A stretch of DNA of 64,000 nucleotides from Malacoraja senta (taxonomy: Eukaryota): the NCBI GenBank assembly GCA_038087875.1, contig CM075987.1:18106001-18170000 (forward strand), given 5' to 3'. A program made the position numbers and the translations under genes. The notes below the pieces were generated by a model. It did not search any database. It had not been told where the DNA came from and saw only the letters and a program-made list of their open reading frames with translations. Position 1 is the stretch's first letter; each line of letters begins with the position of its first letter. Positions 1 through 13,824 of this stretch are shown here, in pieces.

Positions 1-3000
1 ACGTCATGATTTCACTTTTATTCCAATTTATTCTATATCCAGAAAAGGAACCGAATTCCTCTATTAAATTTAATAAGTTTGGTATGCTCGTTTGTGAATT
101 TGTAATGTATAAAAGTATATCGTCTGCATATTATTATTTGAGTCCCTAGCATTATATCCCTGAATATTTGGATGGATTCTTATACTTTCAGCCAGGGGCT
201 CTATCATAAGGGCAAATAGCAGAGGTGATAAAGCACATCCCTGCCTATTGCCCCTTGATAATTGAAATTTTGGAGATAACATATTATTGGTTAATATTCT
301 TGCCGTCGGTTTATCATATAATAATTTTACCCATCCAATAAAATTCTCTCCCATATTAAATGTTTGCAGTACTTTATATAAATACTGCCACTCTACCTGA
401 TCAAATGCTTTCTCTGCATCCAGGGAAACAATTGATATATCTTCTTCCTCCGTTTTATATGAGTACATTATATTAAACAGGCGTCTCAAATTATTAAATG
501 AATGTCTTTTGGGTATAAACCCCGTTTGATCAGAATTTATCAATTTACCAATGTATTTACTCAATCTTCTTGCTAAGATCTTTGCTAAAATTTTCTGATC
601 TGTATTTAAAAGTGATATGAGCCTGGTTCATCTAGATCTTTATCTTTTTTTGGTGTAAGCATAATAGTTGATTCAGCTAATGTTTCTGGTAGTTTATTTT
701 CTTTAAAGGCGTGAGTATATAAATTAAGTAAGCATGGAGCCGTTATCTCGTGAAATCTTTTATAAAATTCATTACTAAAACCATCTGGCCCAGGCGTCTT
801 ACCATTTTTCAACGATTTTAATGTTTCACCTATTTCTTCAAGTGTAATCTGAGCTCCTAATTCCTCTTGTTCCGAAAGATCAAGTTTTGGAAGATTACAG
901 TTATCTAAAAAATGTATAATTTTACTATCTTCTATGTTAGTTTTAGATGTATATAAATTTTGATAAAATTGAGCAAATCTATTGTTAATATCCTTAGGTA
1001 ATATTAATAATTCACCTTTCTCTGATTTAATTTTAGTGATAGTGTTTTCCTTTTCTTGTTTTTTCAATTGACGAGCTAAGAGTTTATGTGGCTTGTCACC
1101 AAATTCGAAATGTTCCTGTTTTGTAAGTTGGAATAATCTTATGACTCTTGCCGATAAAATTCGATTAAGTTTAAATTTCAGTAGTATTATGTTTATCTGT
1201 AGTTGGATCTTTGGCATTATCTAACTCTAATTGTCTAATTTCTTGTTCTAGCATCAGTTGTTCTGTCTTATTCTTTTAATTTTGAAAAATTTGATATGAG
1301 ATTATAACTCCTCTGATAAATGCCTTGAAAGTTTCCCATGATCAAGAAGGTGAAATACCTGGTGTTTCATTTGTCTCAAAAAAAAATTTCATTTGTTGTT
1401 TTAAATATTTATAACCTTGTTGGTCGTTTAGAATTTGTGTGTTAAACCTGCAAAAGGATTTTTTACCCGGCATTCCCTCAAATTTTAATAGAAAAGTCAA
1501 TGGAGAATGATCGGAAATAATACTGGTGTGGTAAGAAGGATTAATTGTATATGGAATTAATTTTATATCCACTAAAAAATAATCAATTCGTGAATAAGTT
1601 TTATGTGCCGATGAGTAAAACGAGTATTCCCTTCCAGTTGGATTAGCAGTTCTCCATACATCTGTTATATTAGTATTTTTTATATATGTATTTAGAAGTT
1701 CACTAGTCTTAGATTTTAAATTACTCCTCCTTTGTTTTGCTGATTTGTCTAGATATGGATCTAAAGCGCAATTGAAGTCCCCCCTATTATTACATTTTGG
1801 TAATTAAACTCTGATATTATATCTATAATTTTATTAAAAAATTGGGGGTTGTCAAAATTCGGAGCGTAAATATTTATCATAGTCAGTGGGTTAAATAAAT
1901 TTCTCCCGAAACTATAATTTCCCTCTTTATCTGAAATAGTATTCTTTAATTTAAATGGTATACCTTTCCGAATAATAATAGCCTTACCTCTAGATTTAGA
2001 AGTAAATGAAGAATAATATGTTTGACCTATCCAATTTGCCTTCAATCTCATCTGTGTTTGTTGTTTCATGTGTGTTTCCGTCAAAAACATTATGTCACAA
2101 TTCAAAGATTTTAATTGGGCAAAAATGTTACCCCTCTTAATTGGTTCATTGGCACCCCTTATATTCCAACTACAGAATGTAATTCCTCCATTCTTTATTT
2201 GTCTATCGTCTTGCATTATATATCAGTTTAGTGTTTTTGACTCATATGGTGCAACCAAATACCTCAGAACTCTGGGTGCTGGGTGGTCGTCCCGAACTTT
2301 TAAATTTATGTTACATCTCCTTCCTGTATAATACCTTAAGAAAAAAAAGAAAAAATGTGATGTGAAATTAGTTACAAAAAAAGTAAACAAATAAAAATCT
2401 TTATAGTGATTTTTTTTTTTTAAAGTGATGTTAAGCTATCTAAGAGAAGATACCTTAAAAACAAGTAGCCACCTAAGGTGGCGAAAAATTTATGGACTTC
2501 CATTGATGTTGTTGTACATTGAGCTCCATCCCCTTAACAGAGTCTCGTGAAAGGCTGCGGACCGTTTCATATGTTTAAACACATTTTTTTATCAAACCAG
2601 AGCCAGTAAAAACAGAAAGAATTCAGAAAAAGAGGTAAAAAATAAAAAAACAAAAATAAAACACAACGTATGTTCAGTTCTATAAGTATATATGCCTTTC
2701 CAATTTATCTAACATTAATCTAGTCTAAACTTTACCATATATATCCACCCAAAGTTATTACATTATATCCCATTCTTTAACTTTAATACAAGCAGGTTCC
2801 AAGGGGTTAAACAAAGTCATGCATTTGGATCTTTTCCAAGTGTATGTTGCTCCTGCCTCCTTCCCACACAATATTAGTTTGTTAGTATTATTATGAACAT
2901 TTTAGTTAATTACTGTATATTAGTATATATCATCAATATTAGTTAATTTCCCTTAACTATTTTAAATTTATGATATCAAAATTATGTACACTCCCATTAT

Positions 3001-3920
3001 CTCCTTCCCCGCTCCATGGGTTATTCATATTTGCTACTTACATTAACAGATAATTAGTATTATTAAATTTGTTAGATTAATTGATTATTTATTATTAAAA
3101 TATAGTAATGAAAGATTTTCTTAAATCAACAAATTTTAATATTCCAGTCAATAATGTTTCATTCCATGTCCCTTATTAATTCCCTCATTAATTCTGTATC
3201 TTCAATGTCATTTTGTTTATCTTTAAGTTTTTCATTCAAGGTGAAACATGGACTGTACTCTCGAAAACACATTCCAGACAGATAAGCATATCTGGTAACT
3301 GTCTGGAAAAGTTCCGCCATCTTAATTAGAGCAAAATCTTGTATTGAAAAGTTCAATCTTCATCCTTGTCGTCAACTTCACCCACTGTTTTCTTTACGAT
3401 ATCCTGTGCGTACTTAAAAGCCTTTTCGGGATCCGTAAATGAGCGTTCAGTGTCCTTATAAGTAATCTTCATTTTTGCTGGGTAGACAACCCCATATCAC
3501 ACATGGGGTATTCCTTTCAGAATATTTCTTGTCTGTGTAAACAAGATCCTTTTTTGGATGACTTCAAGGGGATAATCACGGAAGAATCTAATATTATCCC
3601 CAAAATATGTAAGATTCTCCCCATGGGTAATCTTATTCAATATATTTTCCAGTGAAGAGATGTTGAGGAATTTCACAATTATCTGCCTTGGAGGAGCACT
3701 TATCCCTTTTGGAACGCGTCCAACCCGGTGAGCGACATCTATTCTTGGGTATTCCAGCAGTTTAAAAACATCTTTAAGTAAGTCAGCAACGAAAGTACAT
3801 GTTTGAGATCCACGCCCCTCTCGTCCTTCCTTTACTCCAAAAATTCTTAAGTTCTGCCTTCTCGATCTCGCCTCCAAGTCCAAACATTTATCAGTCATTC
3901 TCACGAGTTGCTCTCCCTCA
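1..3920 (-). mobile_element. L1/Tx1-like LINE, degraded (ORF1 part 3497-3904; ORF2 endonuclease 1761-2216; RT fragments 70-1572); runs off window start
   Basis: APE start 'SWNIRGAN...MFLTETH', 'SDHSP', 'KTPGPDGF', RT 'SLDAEKAFDQV', 'RQGCALSPLLF'; ORF1 'DLEARSRRQNLRIFGVKEG'; many frameshifts. Confidence 0.93.
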
Positions 3921-6900
3921 GATTCCTATAGTTCCTAAAGGGTCTAAATCACCTCGGAAGAAACGCCCTGTGGAAACTGTGGAAAGTGAAGAAGCCTCTG
4001 AAGAATAAGCCTCCACTTCAAGTATGGAAGCAGCTAGACAACCTTTGTGGAAGAAATCAAAACTTTATTGGGTGTGCAACTTGTGGTTGTAAAGTCGGAA
4101 ATCGCTTCTGGGAGAGCAGAAATCTGTGAAAAGATCCATAAGATAGATGTCCGCAGAGAGGACGTGAATTCCTCTCTGAAGGGGAAAATTAAAAGTCTTG
4201 AAATTGATATCAGCCGTAAGTTGGAACCCATTCTCGTTACTTCTAAACAACATAGTGAAGCCATTCGAGAATTAGAAGCTGCTACTACCGAAAATGCTGA
4301 GACAACACACAGACTGATGGCTGAACTGGAGCGTATTTCTGGGCAACTTGCCAAGGTGACTGAAAAATGTTTTGATCTGGAAGGGCGTTCTAAATGCCAG
4401 AATTAAAGGATTGTTGGGGGTGGATGAGAAGGACAGGGAGAAGGAGGAAGAGAGTGAGAGTCTGGGTAAGTGCTGGCAAGTATTGAGCAAGTCTTGGCAA
4501 GTCTGGGCGAAGTTCAGAGATTGAATTGGAATGCGTGGGGAAGGTGGTGGGAGGCAGAGGGAGGCAGAGAGGGAGGGGGAGAGAGAGAGAGATTGCTTTG
4601 TCTATGTAAACTACATCTGTAATCAACAACCTACCACAAGCTCACCGACTCTGAATCGGTTAATAGTTGACTTAATATACTAATACTAGTAAGTTACATA
4701 ATAAGTTTCGTATATTAATCTAATATCCAATATTTAACTACCAGATTTATTGTATGCTTTTATATTGTGTTTATACTTAATATGCCGTTATAAAGTTGCC
4801 GATACAAAGTTGGCTAAAATGTCAAACAGAGAACTTGACAGATTGCATGACAGAGCGAGAGGGAGTATGGTAGAGAAAGGGAGTGTTAGGGGTAGAGCAG
4901 TAGAGAGTTAGAGGTAGAGGGAGCGAGAGGGAACGCGGGAGTGTTAGAGAGCCATCTAGATAAGTGAGAATTAGTTTGGGGAAGTTGTGGAAAGCTTGGG
5001 GAGTGTAGGGACCGGGGGAAGGCGAGAGAGACAGGGAGATGTAAAGAGAGAGAGAGAGAGAGGGGTTGATTAAGTGTTGGGAGGTATTGAGCAAGTTGTG
5101 GTAAGTCTTGGGGAAGTTTAGAAATTGCACCGGAATGTGTGGGAAAGCTGGTGGGAGGCAAAGGGAGGCAGAGTGGGGGAGACAGAGAGAGAGAGACTGC
5201 TTTGCCTATGCAAACTGCAGGTGGAATTAACAGATTGCTATAAGTTCACCAACTTTGAACCGGTCAATAGTTTAACATATTAATATCAGAAAGCTATCTA
5301 ATAAGTCTTATATATTAATCTAAATACCCAATATCCATTTATCTACTGAGTGTACAAAAAGATACTTAACCTTTTGGGAATATTGATTACTTGACAAACT
5401 TGTACACTTTTTTATACTGTTCTATTCAGTGTTTTCTAACTCCTTAAGGAGCGGCGTTATTCGATATTAACATCTACGGAAGTTATCACGAATTACACCA
5501 CTAAGGGGTGGTATTCACTAGCAGCATGTCTTTATGCTGCAATTTCTGCTGTCTTTTTTTTCACCTTTTATTTTTTTCCACGGGATCGTTCATCTATTCT
5601 TCTTAACGCACTTTTTTTTCTAGGAGATACCTCCAGGGGTTAGGGGGAAATGGAACAGGGCTCACCCAACCCAGCAACTAAAAGATTCATTTAAAGTATT
5701 GTGTTGGACCATTTGAAACAAAGGAAACCATGTCAGCTTTAAAATGCAAGACGATGCCACTAGGAAAATTGGAGGAACTACATTTTGTAGTTGGAACGTC
5801 AGGGGCGTTAATGAGACGAATAAAAGGGGTAAAGTTTTAGCCCATTTAAAATCTATTAATACTGATATAATATTTTTACAAGAGACGCATCTCAAAAATG
5901 GAGCTCATAACAGGCTGAAGGCTAGCTGGATTGGTCAATTATATCACTCTACTTTTCTTTCCAAAGCAAGACGTACTGCAATTCTAATTTGCGAAGGTAT
6001 ACCATTTAAACACAATCCTCTATAGCCGGTAAGGAAGGTAGGTACATTATAGTATCTGGAGAATTACATCAACCCCTCTTACTATGGTGAATATCTACGC
6101 TCCTAATTTTGATAACCCACAATTTTTTAATAAAATATTTAATATAATTTCAGACACCTGTCAGCAAAATATGATAATTGGAGACCTTAATTGTGTGTTA
6201 GATCCATATTTGGATAAATCTTCACAGTAAAGGAGAAACACTTCAAAATCAAATTCCAGTGAACTTTTAAATACTTACATAAACACAAACATAACCGATG
6301 TATGGAGGATTGCCAACCCATCTGGGAAGAGAATACTCTTTTTATTCAGGTGTTCACAAAACGTATACACAAATTGATTATTTTCTGGTGGATTCAAAAC
6401 TGATCCCTTTTACATTCAATCCTAAATATCACAGTAACATTATTTCTGACCATTGTCCATTAACCTTCTCCTTAAAACTACAGTAGAAGGAATGCATAAG
6501 AAAAAAACATTCTGGAGATTTAATCCACAAATACTAACTGAGCCAGGTTGCTGTGATTACCTGAAGCAACAGATGGAATTATTCTATGAGACAAATGACA
6601 CACCTGGTATTTCGGCTACATTATTGTGGGAATCTTTCAAGGCCTTTATCAAAGGCTGTTTTATTTTGTACCAAGCTTTTCAAAATAAAAAAAACAGGTT
6701 GGAACAATTGGAATTAGAAAAACAGATTAAACAGCTTGATTCAGAAAATGCGATTGATCCATCTACTGTTAAACGTAATAAGATAGCAGCATTAAAATTT
6801 AAATTAAATCAGATCCTCTTGGCAAAAGTTGTTAAGATATTTCAATACACTAAGCAAAACATTTTCGAATTTGGTGATAAACCGCACAAACTTCTGGCAC

Positions 6901-8968
6901 GCCAACTGAGAAAAATGGAAAAAGATCACATCATTCAAAAAATTAGATCAGAAAAAGGTGAGCTGCTCACACTTGCCAAAGATATTAATGAAAGATTCCT
7001 AAAATTCGATCAAAATCTATATGCATCGAAAACATCTGCCGACTGCAAAGGTCAAAAACTTTCTTGACAATTGCAACCTCCCATCACTTAATGAGGAGGA
7101 ACGAGAAGAATTAGGTGCTGAGATTACAATAAAAGATATTGAAGGGACTATTAAATCACTGAATAGTGAGAAAACGCCAGGTCCAGATGGGTTCAGTAAT
7201 GAATTCTATTAAAAAATGCAATGATTTAATTTCTACGAGCCCTTTATATACATGCTTTTAAAGAACAGACCTTTCCACAAACCCTTGCCGTATCAACCAT
7301 TACATTGATACCTAAAAAAGGCAAAAATCTTGAAGAGCCTGGATCATACAGAGCAATAGCTCTTCTAAGTACAGATCAGAAAATATTAGCCAAGACTTTG
7401 ACAAGAAGATAAATTCTGTACATTAGTAAATTAATACATCCAGACCAAACTGGATTTATACCTAAGCGACATTTGTTTCATAATTTGAGACGTCTGTTTA
7501 ACATAATGTATTCACACAGAATGATAAATGAAGATTTAACAATTATTTCTTTAGATGCAGAAAAAGCATTTGACCAAGTAGAATGGGCCTACCTCTTTAC
7601 AGTGTTGGAAAAATTCCACTAGGAGAAAATTTTATTTCATGGGTAAAGCTGTTATATAACAATCCGACCACCAGAATATTGACAAATCAAATTCTGTCAC
7701 CTAAATTTTAATTATCCAGGGGTAATAGACAAGGATGTGCCCTTTCACCAATGTTATTTGCCTTAGCCATAGAACCCTTAGCCATAGAAAGCATAAGAGT
7801 ACATCCGGGCATTCATGGATACAATACTAAACATACCAATAACAAGATTTCATTATATGCAGACGATGTACTTTTATACATCACCAATTCTCAAGTCAGT
7901 ATCCCAAATATATTAAACCTTATAGAACGATTTGGTTCCTTCTCAGGGTAGAGAATAAACTGGAATAAAAGTGATGCCAATAAAAGCTCAAGACCATTCA
8001 CAACTCCAAAAATTCCCTTTCAGAATTGTTACTGAAAAATTCAGATACCCTGGAGTCTGTGACTAGAAAATACACCTCTCTATTTCAAACAAATTTCCCA
8101 CCATTAATTACTAAATTAAATGCCCTCATTCAATTTTGGAAAACATTCCCTATTTCCCTTATAGGTAGAGTAAATGCCATAAAGATGATTCCACAACTCC
8201 TATACCTATTTCAATCAATACCGATTTATCTCCCTAAAAGGACAAAAAAAACTTGACTCTGTTATCACAAATTTCATTTGGGATTATAAGACCCATAGAA
8301 TACATAAACGACAATTATGTAAATCTAAAGAAAATGGAGGATTAGCACTCCCCAATTTCCTTTTCTACTACTGGGCGACTAATATTAAAAACTTAATCTA
8401 ATGGATGGATGATACATGTCAACAGGTAAACTATTAATATAGGCGCGATTCTTCTTTCTCCAACATCTGAATAAATCAACGTATGAGCAAAACCCGATAA
8501 TACACAGTACCCTACGCATTTGGAAACAGTTGAAATTAAGTCTCAAACTGAGAAATTTCTCTCTCCTTTTACCAATCGCTAACGATCCCTCGTTTAAACC
8601 GTCTAATTTAGATAAGGCGTTTGCACAATGGAAAAACCCAGGAATTAAAATGGTGGGAGATCTTTACGAGAAGGGAATTTTCCTCTTGCTTCAAAAATTA
8701 CAGGAGAAATGTCATTTGAAAGCAAGTAATTTTTTGGATATCTTCAAATCCGAGACTATGTGAAAACATATACACAAGTGTCACTTCATGGGTCCAGATA
8801 TACTAGATGAATGCATGAATGGACAGGTTGATACAAGCAAGTTAAGTCCTACATTTACAACACTCTTTTAATTGCACACATCCCATCTTCTAAGATGCAT
8901 AGACGAGCATGGGAAGATGAATTGGGTTTATTAATTTCAAAGGATAGCTGGGAGGAAAGCCTTCTATA
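3921..8968 (+). mobile_element. L1/Tx1-like LINE, degraded, head-to-head with the previous element; 3' end cut at the putative Helitron start
   Basis: ORF1 fragment 4047-4406 ('CFDLEGRSKCQN'); ORF2 from 5744 ('SWNVRGVN...LQETH'), 'SDHCP', 'KTPGPDGF', 'LYADDVLL'; stops and frameshifts. Confidence 0.92.
4468..5330. repeat. Two diverged ~260-bp direct repeats (~4468-4730 and ~5072-5330) interrupting the L1 ORF1/ORF2 region
   Basis: Shared blocks 'gtattgagcaagt', 'ggtgggaggca', 'tgctttg.ctatg.aaact', 'tatattaatctaa' in the same order. Confidence 0.7.
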
Positions 8969-9330
8969 TCTATTTTACTAAAACTAAGATCTTGACCGTT
9001 TTTGACTTTCTGTTTCGTGATTTCCGAGAGAGCGCCGCCACATATGGCCGTCATTTTTGCTCACCTCGCTCAGAGTCCCCCTCCGCCGGATTGGACTGGA
9101 GGATTTTTCCCATCGATGAAAAATCAGAGGGTTATTAATGTTTTAAAAAATGTCATCATTCTCTCTGCAGTCCCCGCTGGCGGCAGGGGGCAGGGACTAT
9201 AAAACCCGCAAGTGTCGTGCCTCACTCAGTCTCTGCGAGATGGAGGAAGCGAGAGGGTCATCGCTCTCTGAGCTGCGAATAACACTGAACACACGTCTAC
9301 TCCACGGTGAGGCCCCTCGATGTCGTTGAA

Positions 9331-9610
9331 AAGTGTTTGCCAAATTGTCTTGCCTTTTAAAGACTTTTCAGAAAATGTGTTTGTTGCTTGCAAAGTGTTT
9401 GCCAAATTGGCTTGGCTTTTAAAGACTTTTCAGAAAATGTGTTTGTTGTTGGGAAAGTGTTTTCCAAATTAGCTTGGCTTATAAAGACTTTCCAGAAAAT
9501 GTGTTGGTTGTTTGCAAGGTTTTTGCCAAGTTGGCTTGGCTTTTAAAGACCCTTCAGAAAATGTGTGTGTTGTTTGCAAAGTGTTTGCCAAATTGGCTTG
9601 GCTTTTAAAA
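9331..9610. repeat. ~60-bp tandem repeat, about 4.5 copies
   Basis: Unit like aaagtgtttgccaaattggcttggcttttaaagacttttcagaaaatgtgtttgttg; also at ~48843-49122. Confidence 0.9.
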
Positions 9611-10007
9611 TGCGTGCAACAGTTTTCGGATGGATAAAGCGTTAATAAACATTTTATTAGATCAGGACTGTGTTTAATTGCAAAATTGGCACTCATTTCG
9701 TGATTTCCGCCCAGTTGCAAGATTGCGCCATTGACGTCTTTTATGGTTAGCGGCATGCTGGCGCTGAGTGCGTCATTTCCGGTTCATGGCAAGAAGCGGG
9801 ACATCAAGATGGCGCCGAGTGCAGGGACCGTTGAATAATTCCAGAGAGCTGACTGCTCTGTCTATGGCGAATGTGTTTGTTGGACGTTATTTAAAGCATG
9901 TTTTTGCTTCAGCAGCAGCCTCTACAGCAGGCTTTAAACGTTTGAATCGTTCGGTTCACACACTGTATGTTCACCACGTTCTGAAGTTAGTTGCCATTTT
10001 AGTATTG

Positions 10008-10380
10008 GGTGTGAGTGTGTGTCTGTGTCTGTGTGTGTGTCTGTGTGTGTGAGTGAGTCTGTGTTTAGTGTGTGAGTCTGCGTCTGTGTGCGTGAGTAAG
10101 TCTGTGTGTGTGAGTGAGTGTGTGTGTGTGTGTGTGAGTCTGTGTGTGTGTGTGAGTGAATGACTCTGTGTGTGTGAGTGAGTCTGTGTGTGTGTGAGTC
10201 TGTGTGTGTGAGTGAGTCTGTGTGTGTGTGAGTCTGTGTGTGTGTGTGTGTGAGAGAGTGAGTCTGTGTGTGTGTGACTGTGAGTGAGTCTGGGTGTGTG
10301 TGTGAGTATGTGTGTGTGTGTGGCTGTGTGAGTGAGTCTGTGTGTGTGTGAGAGTGTGGGTCTGAGAGTGTGTGTGTGTG
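10008..10380. repeat. (GT)n-rich compound microsatellite
   Basis: gtgt/gagt/tctgtg runs; longer allele at ~49521-50032. Confidence 0.97.
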
Positions 10381-10526
10381 TATAGGGGGTTGCACATAAG
10401 GTCACCGGGTCAAAGGGCTTGACGCACGGAGCCGCTCAATCCATCTGGAGGACATCACAGCTTCCGGTATATGTTGTTATGTTAATATACGAAACGCGTG
10501 CTTTCCTACCTGTAAAAAAAGCTAAA

Positions 10527-10684
10527 ATGGTGAATTTTTGCGCTGTAAATAATTGTGGAAGTCGGGGTAACCGTGAGAGACATCTATCCTACTTCAGAAT
10601 TCCAAAAGTGAAGAGAAATGAAGGTAAAGGGAAGTGAGAACTGAAGGGACAACAACAGCTAAAGTGCTTGGCGAACATTGGCCA
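10527..10684 (+). pseudogene. THAP-domain N-terminal fragment, probably transposon-derived
   Basis: ATG 10527: MVNFCAVNNCGSRGNRERHLSYFRIPKV (C-x4-C...F..P); in-frame stop at 10635-10637; truncated by the GT array. Confidence 0.7.
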
Positions 10685-10773
10685 TGTGAGTCTGTGTGTG
10701 TGTTTGTGTCTGTGTGTGTGTTTGTGTCTGTGTGTGTGAGCATGTGTGAGTCTGTGTGTGTGTGTGTCTGAGG

Positions 10774-10857
<84 letters not shown>

Positions 10858-11245
10858 CTCTCTGTGTGTGTGTGAGTCTGTGTGTGCGTGAGTCTGTGTG
10901 TGAGTGTGTATGAGTCTGTCTGAGGGTCTGTGTGTTTGTGAGTCTGTGTGTGTACGTGTGTGTGTGTGAGTCTGTGTCTGTGTGTGTGTCTGTGTGTGTC
11001 TGAGAGTCTGTGTGTGTGTGTGTGTGTGTGTCTGAGAGTCTGTGTGTCTGTGTGTGTCTGTGTGTGTCTGTGTGTGTGTGTGTGTGTGTGAGTCTGTGTG
11101 TGTGTGAGTCTGTGTGTGTGTGCGAGTCTGTGTGAGTCTGTGTGTGTGTGTCTGTGTGTGTGTGTGTGTGTCTGAGTGTGTGTCTGTGAGTGTGTGTGTG
11201 AGACTATTTTTTAGTGTCTGTGTGTGGTGGAGGGTGTGTGTGTGA
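10685..11245. repeat. (GT)n-rich compound microsatellite
   Basis: Direct observation; counterpart ~50336-50843. Confidence 0.97.
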
Positions 11246-11399
11246 TCAACAAATAACAAATAGTACAAATAATATAGTCTTTCGTAGTTCAGAGATTATT
11301 TGTTGTTTAATAGCCTGATGGCTCTCAGGAAGCTGTTCCTCAATGTGGATGTTACAGTTTTCAGTTTACAAATGTTGGACGTGACTCCAGAAGTCGGGC

Positions 11400-11560
11400 A
11401 TAAGTCAGTCAGTCCACAAGCCGTGATTCAGTCTGTCAGTCCAGAGGCCATGAGTGAGTCAGTCAGTAGGTCCAGAGGCCATGAGTGAGTGAGTCAGTCA
11501 GTCCAGAGACCATGAGTTAGTCCCAAGGCACTGAGTGAGTCCAGAGGCCATGAGTAGGTC
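11400..11560. repeat. Short imperfect tandem repeat (agtccagaggccatgagtgagtc-like)
   Basis: 4-5 degenerate copies; one unit fewer in copy 2. Confidence 0.8.
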
Positions 11561-11948
11561 GCTCATCGGCCCCCCCCCCTCACTGACATCCACCACCTCA
11601 AGACGCTGCCCTCCGCCTGGCTATAGGATGCTCCCCGTCCTGAAGCCGCCTCCATCCCCCGCTGCAGGACACCCCCCTCCCTCATCAGCCCACGAGAGCC
11701 CCCGCCTGAAGCCGTCCCCCTCCCTCGGCTGCAGGACGTTTGCCACCCCCCACCCCACCCCGACAGCCCCTGCCTCAAAAATATGTCTTGCACAAATTCT
11801 TCAGTGAGTCCAGAAGATTGAGAATTACAACAAAACTATGGAATTCTTTAATTTGCCACAACCAAGAAATGGAAGGATGCACCTTGATGATGACAATCCA
11901 GTTTTACTGCAGGAATTGCAATACGATAGAACTGAACAACACCAATTT

Positions 11949-13384
11949 TTAAAATTTATTTTTATTGGAAGCAATTGTACAAGATAAATCGCTCGGCAAC
12001 TTCCATTATACAATTATTGTACAGCTTCATTTTTTTTTTATTCATAACGAACACACAATAGACAGAAAACAAAAAACACCAATTAAAGAAACAAAAACAA
12101 AAAAAACAACAACAAAAAAGAGTGGGGGGGCAGCCAGAATATCAATCAGAGTGCAAGATCAAAGTTCGCTCAGATTAAAGACATAGCACAGCAGCAAAAT
12201 AAACAGATCAGACAATTATGCCTCTTCAAGCAAAATCAAAAATGGTTTCCACACCTTCAAAAAATAATTTTGTAAATTCCCTTTGTTAAAACGAATCTGT
12301 TCCATCTTAGCAATAGAAAGCATTCCGTTGAGCCACCTCTTAAAACACGGGGAGAGTGGGGACTTCCAATTCAGTAATATTATTTTTTTAGCTGCAACCA
12401 TACCTGCTCTAAGAATCTGCTTCTGGTGGGAAGGAAGGGCCCTTGTATTGTCAGAGCAACCAAAAATAGCCAGATTACAATCAGGCGGAATATTTATTCG
12501 ACATTGTTTGGAAAGACAGTTAAATATGTCATTCCAGAAATTACTTAATACTGGACAGTGCCAAAATAAATGTGATAGTGATCCTTCTGCAGTACCACAT
12601 CTGTCACACATGGAGGAAACCTATTCAAAAATCTTGTTAAGTTTGGTTTTAGAATAATGTAGTCTGTGCAAGACTTTAAATTGAATTAATCTGTATCTAG
12701 AACTAATAGAGCAACTCTGTATACCGGACAAACCTTCCTCCCACAGTTCATTTGACACAGGAGTGCCCAATTCTGCAGCCCAGGCCTCCCTGAGATGACC
12801 AGCTTCAACTGGTGTCGTAAAGGCAGTGACAAAGCGGGAGATCAAGTGTTTAGAGTCAGGCTGTGAGAGAAGTAGATCATAAAGAATGTGACTTTTTGGT
12901 TTGACTATGAATTCTGGTATATGCTCCCGTACAAAATGCCTGACTTGAAAGTAGCGATAGAAGTGTTGTTGAGGAAGGCGATATTTAGTTTGGAGCTGAA
13001 AAAATGAGGCAAATTTATTATCTATGTAGAGATCATCAATACAACAGAATGAAGTTATGGCCAACTAATTTGTAGGGAACCTGTGCTCCGAAAAAGAGCA
13101 ACACTGGGAGAGAGGTCTCTGAAACAAACATGGATTCAATTGTTTGCCGGAGTGGGGAAACATCAGACATCATCAGGAAAGCCCCACTGCCAGAAAGTGA
13201 GAGCCCTCGCATTTGCAGCCCAGTAGTAATGCTTCAGTACCGGAAGGCCGAGGCCACCCCTGTCCACATCTTTCTGTAGGTGGGCTTTAGCAATACGAGG
13301 GGATTTGTCTGCCCAGACAAATGAGAGTATAACCGAATCCAGTTGTTTGAAAAAAGACAAAGGTAAGTAGACAGGAAGGTTTTG
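11949..13384 (-). mobile_element. 5'-truncated L1/Tx1-like LINE 3' fragment flanked by a 127-bp direct duplication
   Basis: C-terminal CCHC region 'CDRCGTAEGSLSHLFWHC', 'QFKVLHRLHY'; A-rich tail and AATAAA near 11946-11966; flanks 11822-11948 and 13385-13511 match at 123/127. Confidence 0.9.
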
Positions 13385-13727
13385 GAATTACAACAAAACT
13401 ATGGAATTCTTTAATTTGCCACAACCAGGAAATGGAAGGATGCACCTTGATGATGACAATCCAGTTTTGCTGCAGGTATTGCAATACGATAGAACTGAAC
13501 AACAGCAATTTGTTGAGGAGAATGGGCCTCTACTGAATGCTGAGCAGAGAGCAGTGTATGCACTCAATTTAACAGAAGGTGAAGACATTCCCCTTCAGCA
13601 GACCCAATTCCCCATTCAATCAAGTTTTGCTATGACGATCTATAAAGCACAAGGACAAACAATGCAGAAGGTGTTGATCTACCTCGACAAACCAGTATTT
13701 CAGCATGGAAAACTATATGTGTCTCTT

Positions 13728-13824
13728 GGGTACACAAAAATGCTGGAGAAACTCAGCGGGTGCAGCAGCATCTATGGAGCGAAGGAAATAGGTAACGTTT
13801 CGGGCCGAAACCCTTCTTCAGACG
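13728..13824 (-). mobile_element. 97-bp Penelope-type short insert carrying a minimal hammerhead-ribozyme-like motif; 14-bp TSD
   Basis: TSD tatatgtgtctctt at 13714-13727 and 13825-13838; absent in copy 2 (~53284-53297); minus strand reads GT-CTGAAGA-AGGGTTTCGGCCC-GAAAC-GTT-AC. Confidence 0.75.

Noticed and set aside
9934..11268. Long His/Thr-rich ORFs (also 49447-50866)
   Set aside because: Translations of (GT)n microsatellites whose length differs between copies
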